Notes under the pieces: generated by a model
What the model saw: only the letters and a program-made list of their open reading frames with translations
The model's database searches: none
Told to the model about the DNA's origin: nothing
Program-made: the position numbers and the translations under genes
IMG/VR virus record: IMGVR_UViG_3300030106_003254
Reading direction: 5' to 3' (one strand)
From: an uncultured virus (IMG/VR IMGVR_UViG_3300030106_003254)
Lineage: Duplodnaviria; Heunggongvirae; Uroviricota; Caudoviricetes
DNA: 20,000 bases
Shown: positions 10,992 through 17,242 of the stretch, piece by piece
Position numbering within the stretch: position 1 is the stretch's first letter
Layout of the letters: the number at the start of each line of letters is the position of its first letter

Positions 10992-11268
10992 AGATCCAAG
11001 GTTAGCTAGAATAGGAGCCAGTAGATATAACCAAGCGGTAACCACCCCGGGGCATCCTACAAAATCTCATGCCGTAGTAGCTAAAAAAGACGGAAAAGTT
11101 AAACTAATCCGTTTTGGTGAAAAGGGTGCTAAGACTGCTGGTAAACCTAAAGCTGGTGAGTCTCGCAGAATGAAGATGAAACGTAAGTCTTTTAAAGCAA
11201 GACACGCTAAGAACATTGCAAGAGGACCTATGTCAGCAGCTTACTGGGCTAACAAGGTTAAATGGTAG
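10975..11268 (+). CDS. Small basic conserved phage protein (possibly DUF5754-like)
   Basis: Motifs HPTKSHAVVAK, KLIRFG, RKSFKARH and SAAYWANKVKW are recognised from a widespread aquatic-phage family; overlaps the giant ORF by 17 nt. Confidence 0.8.
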   Translation: MSKKTKDPRLARIGASRYNQAVTTPGHPTKSHAVVAKKDGKVKLIRFGEKGAKTAGKPKAGESRRMKMKRKSFKARHAKNIARGPMSAAYWANKVKW

Positions 11269-11339
11269 AACCCCCAGACATACCTATTCCAATATTAATA
11301 GGTTTGATTATCCTTCTTTTGATTCTTGTGCTGCGATAA
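11262..11339 (+). CDS. Putative 25-aa single-pass membrane microprotein (MVEPPDIPIPILIGLIILLLILVLR)
   Basis: ATG overlaps the end of the previous gene; uninterrupted hydrophobic run; fills the gap to within 4 nt of the convergent stop at 11344. Below the ORF-track cutoff. Confidence 0.5.
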   Translation: MVEPPDIPIPILIGLIILLLILVLR

Positions 11340-11343
11340 GCAA

Positions 11344-11565
11344 CTAATAGCCGTAACCACCGGAACTCTTCTTAGCCTTCTTAGAGACTATCTTTTTCTT
11401 AAGCATTTTAGCTCCAGAGCTTTTACCTTGTTTATCTTTTTCGCCTTTCTTGTGCATCCAACCTTTGTTTTTTAATTTTAAATGCTCCTCGTATGATTTA
11501 GTCATCCTACCCGGACCCCCATCGGGGGGATACATCATGTGATGTTTGTAGTCTGCTTTCTTCAT
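11344..11565 (-). CDS. Small Lys-rich phage protein (HMMY...EEHLKLK.KGW.H type)
   Basis: 73-aa ORF with a motif pattern recalled from marine phages and a basic C-terminal tail. Confidence 0.75.
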   Translation of the reverse strand: MKKADYKHHMMYPPDGGPGRMTKSYEEHLKLKNKGWMHKKGEKDKQGKSSGAKMLKKKIVSKKAKKSSGGYGY

Positions 11566-11568
11566 GTG

Positions 11569-11594
11569 TTGGGTTTTGGGTGTTGGGTGTTGAG
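11569..11594. repeat. Period-7 tandem repeat GGGTKTT (AC-rich on the coding strand)
   Basis: GGG at 11571, 11578 and 11585 and GAG at 11592; intergenic. Confidence 0.75.
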
Positions 11595-11600
11595 TAGAGT

Positions 11601-11795
11601 TTAGTCTGTCTCAACGATATCAAGTCCGATACAAAACTTAGGAGGTATTACTTTAGCTTGAACATCTACTCCTACGCTTACTGAAGGATTTGTAAATGGT
11701 ACAGGTAAAGAAGCTCCTGTGTTTATGGACTCACATGACACGCCGCAAGCTAGAATAAAAGCGGCCCCTAATAGCTTAACAATCTTATAGTTCAT
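11601..11795 (-). CDS. Small predicted lipoprotein
   Basis: Basic N-terminus, hydrophobic LLGAAFILA, lipobox-like ILAC or GVSC; Pro/Val-rich mature part. Confidence 0.65.
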   Translation of the reverse strand: MNYKIVKLLGAAFILACGVSCESINTGASLPVPFTNPSVSVGVDVQAKVIPPKFCIGLDIVETD

Positions 11796-11800
11796 TCATT

Positions 11801-11829
11801 AATTAAACACCATTTATACGTAATTGCAA
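11801..11829 (-). promoter_or_regulatory. Possible sigma70-like promoter giving a leaderless transcript
   Basis: TTGCAA-17 nt-TTAATT with an extended TGn, then 5 nt to the ATG at 11795. Confidence 0.3.
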
Positions 11830-12188
11830 CTAAGCACCCCACATAACCCTTACCCTGAACATTTCCCTACGAACCCAGCCATATATCTGTCCGTTTAAGT
11901 CCTTATACTGCATTCTAAAGGATATATACTCGTTAAAGTTGCTTCTAAGCGGCGCATACGGCCTAAACCACTCGTAATTTGGGTCTATAACGTTGTTTTC
12001 ATCTACTTGCTTAACCTCGACTATGTACCAAATAGGTCGGTCAAAAGTAGAATCTGAAATCCAACCTAAAGTTACCGTCCCACTATAGATGTCATGTTCT
12101 ATAGTTATTTCAGGTACTGGNNNNNNNNNNCGTCTGCTTGAAGTAATGGGGCTATACTACAAAACAGGGCTGTTAACAGCCATCTCAC
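11830..12188 (-). CDS. Secreted beta-rich protein with signal peptide, interrupted by assembly gap (missed by ORF track)
   Basis: GTG at 12188 after AAGGAG gives MRWLLTALFCSIAPLLQAD. After the Ns the frame is open for 96 codons (PVPEITIEHDIYSGTVTLGWISDS...WYIVEVK...MFRVRVMWGA) to TAG at 11830-11832. Confidence 0.7.
12121..12130. other. Scaffold gap (10 N)
   Basis: Run of n characters; true length unknown. Confidence 1.
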
Positions 12189-12189
12189 A

Positions 12190-12483
12190 TTAATGCTCCT
12201 TTGGCACTCCGTTATATAATTTCGACATTACTTTGTCCATATCCATTTCTAACATTCCTATTTTTAAATCTTGCCTAACATCCGATGGTAAAGATCCAGA
12301 CCCCCACTTACCTGCGGGCCATAGTTTAACAAACTCTGAGTTCTCGCTTACGTCTTTAGCAATCATCTGGATTTGAAAATCGTTGTGCTGAACTTCGGAT
12401 TGTAGTTTAGAAGCCCACCACACAATGCCAGCAGCCTGTACTACAAGACCTATTCCTAGTGATAATATTGTTTTAGTGTCCAT
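12190..12483 (-). CDS. N-terminally anchored membrane protein (holin- or spanin-like architecture possible)
   Basis: TM segment ILSLGIGLVVQAAGIVWWA followed by a coiled-coil-like soluble region. Confidence 0.65.
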   Translation of the reverse strand: MDTKTILSLGIGLVVQAAGIVWWASKLQSEVQHNDFQIQMIAKDVSENSEFVKLWPAGKWGSGSLPSDVRQDLKIGMLEMDMDKVMSKLYNGVPKEH

Positions 12484-12485
12484 GT

Positions 12486-12725
12486 TTAAGCTGATCTAGC
12501 TCTTCGTATAGTCCCTGCTCTGTAAGCTCGTGCTTCGGCTTCGGTGTAAGGCACTCTTTTAGCTCCCGGATGTTTTCTTTTCTTCCCTACATCCCCACCC
12601 AACATATCTCGAGAGTCTCTAGGTAAGTACCTTTCGCCTGTTTCAGAAGACTTTTTTCCAGACGCAGTGCCCCAGTCTTCCTTAGTCCAATCAATTAGAT
12701 CTTGCTGTGACTTTTTATACGCCAT
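12486..12725 (-). CDS. DUF5872-like protein, C-terminal half
   Basis: Motif SQQDLIDWTKEDWGT.SGK.S.ETGERYLP. Confidence 0.7.
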   Translation of the reverse strand: MAYKKSQQDLIDWTKEDWGTASGKKSSETGERYLPRDSRDMLGGDVGKKRKHPGAKRVPYTEAEARAYRAGTIRRARSA

Positions 12726-12910
12726 CAGTTAGTATATCCTCCCCCTGCTTTTTTGTACTGCATTGCCAACAGTTGGGCTTTACGTGCAGACCACTGTCCC
12801 GGCTTACCTCCTTTTGTTCCTGCTAAAATCTTACGGAAAAGCCTTTTACGCATTCCGGGCTTAGTATAATTACCCGCTTTGTTAACAGTAGATTTCTTTT
12901 TCTTAGCCAT
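12725..12910 (-). CDS. DUF5872-like protein, N-terminal half (basic)
   Basis: Motif NYTKP.MRKRLF..I.AG.KGGKPGQWSARKAQLLA..YKKAGGGY; TGATG overlap with the next gene. Confidence 0.75.
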   Translation of the reverse strand: MAKKKKSTVNKAGNYTKPGMRKRLFRKILAGTKGGKPGQWSARKAQLLAMQYKKAGGGYTN

Positions 12911-12911
12911 A

Positions 12912-13220
12912 TTAATTTTTGTATGGAGAACTTATTGTCCAAGAAGACCTGTCTATATTTGGCGTGTTTATAAACAAAGGCATATTATCTCCTTTAGTTC
13001 CTGCCACGTTGTACCAAAAGTATTCAGTAGCTTCTTCTTCGGACATCCCATCTTCCATAAGAATTTTAATACTTTTCTCGATAGAGTATACAGCTCTAGG
13101 AGAACTATCTTCGCCAGCAATACCTACAAAAGCACCATCTAATTCATCAGGTATAATTACTTCGGCTTCTTCGTCTGAAACTACAGTTCCAATAAATTCC
13201 TCAATGTCATCCCTTGTCAT
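12912..13220 (-). CDS. Conserved acidic phage hypothetical protein
   Basis: Motif D.AFVG...RAVYS..K.I.IL..DGMSEEEA.EYF.YN..G recalled from a widespread phage family. Confidence 0.8.
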   Translation of the reverse strand: MTRDDIEEFIGTVVSDEEAEVIIPDELDGAFVGIAGEDSSPRAVYSIEKSIKILMEDGMSEEEATEYFWYNVAGTKGDNMPLFINTPNIDRSSWTISSPYKN

Positions 13221-13320
13221 GTTTTTTCTTTTTTACCCAAGGAGCGGTAGTTATATTAGGTTTTTTGGCTGTGGACTTTTTTGCTCCAGTCTTTTTAGGT
13301 TGTTTTCCGTATTTAGCCAT
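13207..13320 (-). CDS. 37-aa Lys-rich microprotein (MAKYGKQPKKTGAKKSTAKKPNITTAPWVKKKKHDKG)
   Basis: The ATG at 13320 avoids overlap with the upstream gene and follows a promoter-like element; composition resembles neighbouring basic proteins. Confidence 0.55.
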   Translation of the reverse strand: MAKYGKQPKKTGAKKSTAKKPNITTAPWVKKKKHDKG

Positions 13321-13325
13321 AGTTA

Positions 13326-13352
13326 AAGATACCATAAATACGGATAAATCAA
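13326..13352 (-). promoter_or_regulatory. Possible extended -10 promoter (TGgTATCTT) 5 nt upstream of ATG 13320
   Basis: TTGATT...TGGTATCTT-TAACT-ATG; the -35 spacing is short (15 nt). Confidence 0.35.
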
Positions 13353-13360
13353 GTTTACAA

Positions 13361-13693
13361 TTAGGGAGCACTTGTGCTGAATAACCATCCACATAGTTTA
13401 GGATTCCTTGTAAGAACAGTCCTTAACCCCGTAGCAGTTCTAGAAGTAAAAGATTCTTCGCTAGAACTGTCGGTTAATTCCATGTGGAAGTGTATTGCGT
13501 GTAATATTTCGTGAAGGAAAACGTCTTTTGTTCCGTCCGGGGGTAAATCATCCCGAACTAATATAAGTTGTTCACTCGTGTGACACCTGCCCATTTCTTC
13601 GTCTGATAGGGTAGACGTTAGCTCTAGCTTATATTTATGAGCTAAAACATCTACATACTTGCAAGGAGGGTCGTTAGCCTTGGGTTTTTTCAT
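13361..13693 (-). CDS. Small HEXXH zinc metallopeptidase-like protein (ImmA/IrrE-like fold)
   Basis: G.C....Q.I.VRDDL.....DVFLHEILHAI followed by a downstream Glu (SSEE); TAATG coupling to the upstream gene. Confidence 0.75.
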   Translation of the reverse strand: MKKPKANDPPCKYVDVLAHKYKLELTSTLSDEEMGRCHTSEQLILVRDDLPPDGTKDVFLHEILHAIHFHMELTDSSSEESFTSRTATGLRTVLTRNPKLCGWLFSTSAP

Positions 13694-13956
13694 TAGCCTT
13701 TACGTCCCCTTAAAGCTCTTTTACGCTTCATTCGAGCGAATGTAGCTTTTCTTGCCCCGTCAGATCTATTTTGTTTTCTATCTCCTAAACCAGCAATAGA
13801 CCCATTTTTGTGGACTAAGTCTTTACCAGCAGGAGTTTTACCATAGTGGCCCATGGTTCGAGCACGTTTATTTAACTCTGATCTGTATTTTCTACGCCTA
13901 GCAGAAGATTGATCTCGTTCGTACTCTTTCTTGTAATCTCTCTTTTTAATAGCCAT
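13693..13956 (-). CDS. Basic HNH-like phage protein (degenerate)
   Basis: RDYKKEY...R...N.R.R....GKDLVHKNG...NRS pattern of small phage HNH-like proteins. ATG 13956 is preferred over GTG 14001, which lies in a hairpin arm. Confidence 0.55.
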   Translation of the reverse strand: MAIKKRDYKKEYERDQSSARRRKYRSELNKRARTMGHYGKTPAGKDLVHKNGSIAGLGDRKQNRSDGARKATFARMKRKRALRGRKG

Positions 13957-14003
13957 AACTTGTTCCGGGGATACGATACAACGTACCCCCGGACAAGTCA
14001 CGG
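13953..14003 (-). promoter_or_regulatory. Long RNA hairpin sequestering the start codon of the HNH-like gene
   Basis: CCGUG-ACUUGU-CCGGGG-G-UACG-[UUGUAU]-CGUA-U-CCCCGG-(A)-ACAAGU-UAUGG: 22 bp with 3 G.U pairs and one bulge. Confidence 0.7.
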
Positions 14004-14017
14004 ACGATTAAAGAACT

Positions 14018-14374
14018 TTAAGAGTCTTTCTTTTTAAGGAAATCCTCTATAACTCCTTCTAATAGAAGGTCTGACAGGTCTATACCTGCATCTTGACCGT
14101 CTTTATAGTCGAAGTTTAGTTCTATATTTCGCATCAATATCTCTCGAAAGTTGTCGGGAGACCCTTCAACAATCTCTAGAGTTTTTACTGTAGACACAAA
14201 GAATTGAACTAAGCCCTGCATTACATCAAAAGCTTTGATTTCTTTGTCGTCTAGAGCACCTGCAAAGGCAGCGATTAATTCCTCTGCAAGTTCGCACCCT
14301 ACCTCAGTAGGTTCATGTACGAAGTTTTCGTCATCTAGTTCCATAGTAGAAACTTCATTTAGTCTGTTGTTCAT
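14018..14374 (-). CDS. Acidic hypothetical protein
   Basis: D/E-rich ORF; start uncertain (14401, 14374 or 14344). Confidence 0.7.
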   Translation of the reverse strand: MNNRLNEVSTMELDDENFVHEPTEVGCELAEELIAAFAGALDDKEIKAFDVMQGLVQFFVSTVKTLEIVEGSPDNFREILMRNIELNFDYKDGQDAGIDLSDLLLEGVIEDFLKKKDS

Positions 14375-14573
14375 GTTTATATTTAACTCGCGCCTTGTCA
14401 CGAGCTTGTAGTCGCCTCGTAATGAGGCGTATTAATTCCGATCCGTCTCCTGTACTAAAGACTTTGGGAAACTTTTTGTTCCTCCAACTTCTTGGCTTAG
14501 CTTCATACCAGCCATCCATACGAATAACTAGTTTAACAAGCCGTAGCATGAAACGATGTTTGATCGACATCAA
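14355..14573 (-). CDS. Basic hypothetical protein
   Basis: 72-aa ORF with ATGA overlap on the HD gene stop; fills the gap in the operon. Confidence 0.6.
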   Translation of the reverse strand: MMSIKHRFMLRLVKLVIRMDGWYEAKPRSWRNKKFPKVFSTGDGSELIRLITRRLQARDKARVKYKHEQQTK

Positions 14574-15133
14574 TCTGGTTGAATTATGGTAGTTTCTTTT
14601 TCTGGGGTTTCTTCACCAGCCCCTGCGTCCTCGTCGCTTTCAGTCGAAGGCGGCGGAAATACGACGTTATGCCAGTAATCCAAGAGGATTTTTTTGGCTT
14701 TGTTGTATCTCGTTTGGAGCGAGGGGATTGCATTTTTTATATTATCTTCTAGATCTGCTAGTTTCACTAATGATGCCAGAGGGTTTGTTAGTACCTGTTT
14801 CTCAATGTAATCAAAGTAACTTTGATCTTTGTTACGGGTTAGTGCTTTTACAGCTTCTAACCCGAACTCATTAAGAACTGTGGCTAACTCTTCCTCAGTA
14901 ATATCAGTGTCTTCTAATATATCATGTGCAAGAGCTACATCCAACATAAGGGGTGCAGCGTTTTGTCTTACCAGTCTCAGGGAGTGAGGGTAGTGGTCGC
15001 AGGGCTGTAAAAGCCCCACAAATACCCTAAACAGATGCTCTATTTGAGGATCTGTTTTTCCATCTTCCCTGTTTCCCACGCGGGTTTGACCCGCATGGTA
15101 CTTAAGGACTAGCATTAATAGCTCAGTATTCAT
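14570..15133 (-). CDS. HD-domain hydrolase, Mesh1/SpoT-hydrolase-like (small alarmone hydrolase type)
   Basis: HAGQTR, P.I.H, ALAHDILEDT, ALT and VKLADLEDN motifs of the RelA/SpoT HD domain; no synthetase domain; acidic tail. Confidence 0.85.
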   Translation of the reverse strand: MNTELLMLVLKYHAGQTRVGNREDGKTDPQIEHLFRVFVGLLQPCDHYPHSLRLVRQNAAPLMLDVALAHDILEDTDITEEELATVLNEFGLEAVKALTRNKDQSYFDYIEKQVLTNPLASLVKLADLEDNIKNAIPSLQTRYNKAKKILLDYWHNVVFPPPSTESDEDAGAGEETPEKETTIIQPD

Positions 15134-15138
15134 AGTCG

Positions 15139-15167
15139 TATATAATCCGAATAAAGTGTTGAGTCAA
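15139..15167 (-). promoter_or_regulatory. sigma70-like promoter, probably leaderless, for the HD hydrolase
   Basis: TTGACT (15167-15162), 17 nt, TATATA (15144-15139), 5 nt, ATG; no SD sequence. Confidence 0.5.
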
Positions 15168-15173
15168 CTTTAT

Positions 15174-15201
15174 TGGGTTTTGGTTATTGGTTATTGGGTT
15201 T
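15174..15201. repeat. Period-7 tandem repeat TGGKTWT x4
   Basis: tgggttt tggttat tggttat tgggttt. Confidence 0.7.
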
Positions 15202-15279
15202 TGATACTGCGAAGAACCTTAGTATTAAGATTATAAGCAGTAGCCATAGGAAGAACCCTATTATTAGCTTTAGTATCAT
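15184..15279 (-). CDS. 31-aa membrane microprotein (MILKLIIGFFLWLLLIILILRFFAVSKPNNQ)
   Basis: ATGA overlap with the upstream stop; single hydrophobic helix; below the ORF-track cutoff. Confidence 0.6.
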   Translation of the reverse strand: MILKLIIGFFLWLLLIILILRFFAVSKPNNQ

Positions 15280-15587
15280 TTTGTTTCCTCCTCGTCTTTG
15301 CTTAAGACTTTCATGGCTTCGCTGATCATAAGATCAAATTGAGCATTCATATCATCGTATACTGATCCGATGGGATTGAACGCTTCCATGATAAGTTCTT
15401 TATGTTCTTTGAGTGTAGTCATTAGTTTTCCAACACTAACGTCTTCAACTACTTCAAAGTTAAACCAGCCCTTTCCTTTACTAACGCCGTAGATAAAGGC
15501 GGCTTTCTCTGCTTCCGAGTTAAACTCGTAAGAAGAGGCTTCTGTTTTCTCTGATCCCCAGAGAATGTTTACGGTATGTTTAGACAT
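15276..15587 (-). CDS. Hypothetical protein
   Basis: 103-aa ORF preceded by the repeated hairpin element. Confidence 0.75.
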   Translation of the reverse strand: MSKHTVNILWGSEKTEASSYEFNSEAEKAAFIYGVSKGKGWFNFEVVEDVSVGKLMTTLKEHKELIMEAFNPIGSVYDDMNAQFDLMISEAMKVLSKDEEETK

Positions 15588-15597
15588 AATATAAGTA

Positions 15598-15623
15598 CCC
15601 CCTCCGAAGAGGGGGATTTGGTT
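15598..15623 (-). repeat. Intergenic element A (copy 3): ACCAAAT-CCCCCTC-TTCG-GAGGGGG
   Basis: Perfect 7-bp stem at 15598-15615 with a cUUCGg loop; 10 nt to ATG 15587. Confidence 0.9.
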
Positions 15624-15627
15624 GTTT

Positions 15628-15822
15628 TTAGTCGATATCGTAGACTACAACATGTTTTGTTGTGTCATCCGATGACAGTAGATCGTAATAATCATCGACC
15701 TCGCTGCCTTCCTCTACATTTCCTTCTACAAGATCTATAGCTTTTTTATGAGCTTCTTCTTTAGAAGGAGCCTCCATGAGGACTTTGGTGTGTGTAGTAA
15801 TAATTACTTTATATTCTTTCAC
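15628..15822 (-). CDS. Small acidic hypothetical protein
   Basis: 64 aa, GTG start; EA.SKEEA...A pattern common in small phage early proteins; flanked by two element-A copies. Confidence 0.75.
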   Translation of the reverse strand: MKEYKVIITTHTKVLMEAPSKEEAHKKAIDLVEGNVEEGSEVDDYYDLLSSDDTTKHVVVYDID

Positions 15823-15832
15823 GGTATAATTA

Positions 15833-15864
15833 CCCCCTCCGAAGAGGGGGATTTGGTATTTGGT
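15833..15864 (-). repeat. Intergenic element A (copy 2): (ACCAAAT)2-CCCCCTC-TTCG-GAGGGGG
   Basis: Stem at 15833-15850; 10 nt to GTG 15822. Confidence 0.9.
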
Positions 15865-17148
15865 TTACTTACTCTTTTCGTCTAGGAAAAGAGGAGCTGC
15901 TATTTTCTGGTAGTCCCACTCACTTGGATGTTCACCGAACATAGGACTTACCTCACAGCCGATTTGATTCAAGACTGACACGTATTTGTGTAAGTTTTTC
16001 TTGAACCAATAATAACTGAAGGACTGTAAGTTATGGTCAATTAGTACCATTTCTTTAAGTGAAGTACCTTCTGGTACGTGTCTCGACTCGTTTTCGTCTC
16101 TAGTAACCCACCCGGGTATGCACTTAACGGTGAGCAAACTACAGTGATGAAACGTATTCCAAGGCTCTTTGTCTAGCCATGGGGCATACGTGTTGTTAGA
16201 GTTATCTAACACACCCAACCGGGTGGGGAAGTTTAGCTCCCACATTTCATCCATAGGCGTATGAGCTGTAGCTGCTGCACTATCTGGACCTGTCGCAAGT
16301 CTGTAGAACCTGTTTGCGGCTGATCCACACACTTTACTAAGTAGATCGAACTCTTTAAGAGATTCGTTCAACTCTGCTAGGTGGTGTGTACCGTTAGCTA
16401 CTGACGCTTCATCAATAGGAGCGAAGTAACGTGAGGCACACTCTTGCATAGCTTTAGTCATGCTTTGAGCTTTAGCATACACAGTTTCAACCATTTGAAA
16501 CAATGGGTTTGTCATCATTTTAAGAGTATTCTCTTTCTTGATGGCCCCATAAGCTAAGCCTGTCAAAGCGTCTTCAAGTGGTTTCTGAAAAGATGTTCTG
16601 TATCCTTTCACCAACCTCTCATCTCGCCACTTTGTATAGTCAGTTGTTGTCTCTAGTTGATCGAGCTTTTGCTGCATCTCATTACGAGCAGCACCAACTC
16701 CATCCCAAGAACTGGCACGAGACCACTCATAACGAGTAGTATTATCATCAGGGTTTACACCCTTCAGTAATGATTTAACTGCACGTAGTGAGGGTTTCTT
16801 CACCGCCATTTGTGTGTTAGGGAAGTGCATCCTTACACATATAGACGGGAAGGGATACCCCATGTCAGCAGGGCCAGCTAACTCTTTGAGCCAACTTTTT
16901 CTAACTGCACGTACGATGTCGCTTAGCTGACTCGATGCTCGTGTACTTATTGTATAAAGGGAATGAGGACTTCCCCAATCTACAATGTAAGTATCCATGT
17001 GAGAAAGTATTGGAATATACTTTTGTTTCTCATCTACGTGCACGTCTGCTTTCAACCATAAGGTTCCGGCTGCTTGCCTGAACCTTACTGTGGATGCTCT
17101 TGCGTGTGGGTCTTTGGTTATTGTGTCTGTAAACGTATTTACATTCAT
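15865..17148 (-). CDS. 427-aa protein of unknown function downstream of the AAA-VWA pair
   Basis: Long ORF with operon-consistent orientation; no motif recognised. Confidence 0.8.
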   Translation of the reverse strand: MNVNTFTDTITKDPHARASTVRFRQAAGTLWLKADVHVDEKQKYIPILSHMDTYIVDWGSPHSLYTISTRASSQLSDIVRAVRKSWLKELAGPADMGYPFPSICVRMHFPNTQMAVKKPSLRAVKSLLKGVNPDDNTTRYEWSRASSWDGVGAARNEMQQKLDQLETTTDYTKWRDERLVKGYRTSFQKPLEDALTGLAYGAIKKENTLKMMTNPLFQMVETVYAKAQSMTKAMQECASRYFAPIDEASVANGTHHLAELNESLKEFDLLSKVCGSAANRFYRLATGPDSAAATAHTPMDEMWELNFPTRLGVLDNSNNTYAPWLDKEPWNTFHHCSLLTVKCIPGWVTRDENESRHVPEGTSLKEMVLIDHNLQSFSYYWFKKNLHKYVSVLNQIGCEVSPMFGEHPSEWDYQKIAAPLFLDEKSK

Positions 17149-17162
17149 AGGTATGTTTAGAG

Positions 17163-17196
17163 GTATTTAACGACTTACTCTGTCGGTTTTTGTTTT
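17163..17196 (-). repeat. Intergenic element B (copy 2): AAAACAAAAAC-CGAC-AGAGTAA-GTCG-TTAAATAC
   Basis: Homologous to 18520-18553; the inverted repeat ends 22 nt before ATG 17148. Confidence 0.8.
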
Positions 17197-17199
17197 ATT

Positions 17200-17213
17200 G
17201 ACACTTGCGTGTC
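17200..17213 (-). promoter_or_regulatory. GNRA tetraloop hairpin GACAC-GCAA-GTGTC
   Basis: Perfect 5-bp stem with GCAA loop on the coding strand, adjacent to element B and sharing GAC...GYAAGT with it. Confidence 0.5.
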
Positions 17214-17241
17214 GGGTTTTGGGTTTTGAGTGTTGGGTATT
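17214..17241. repeat. Period-7 tandem repeat GRGTDTT x4
   Basis: gggtttt gggtttt gagtgtt gggtatt, immediately after the VWA gene stop. Confidence 0.75.
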
Positions 17242-17242
17242 G

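Noticed and set aside
11571..11594. G-quadruplex or telomere-like reading of the GGGTTTT repeats (also 17214-17241)
   Set aside because: Each array has only three intact GGG tracts (the fourth is GAG), and the arrays are short and internal; retained only as heptamer repeats.
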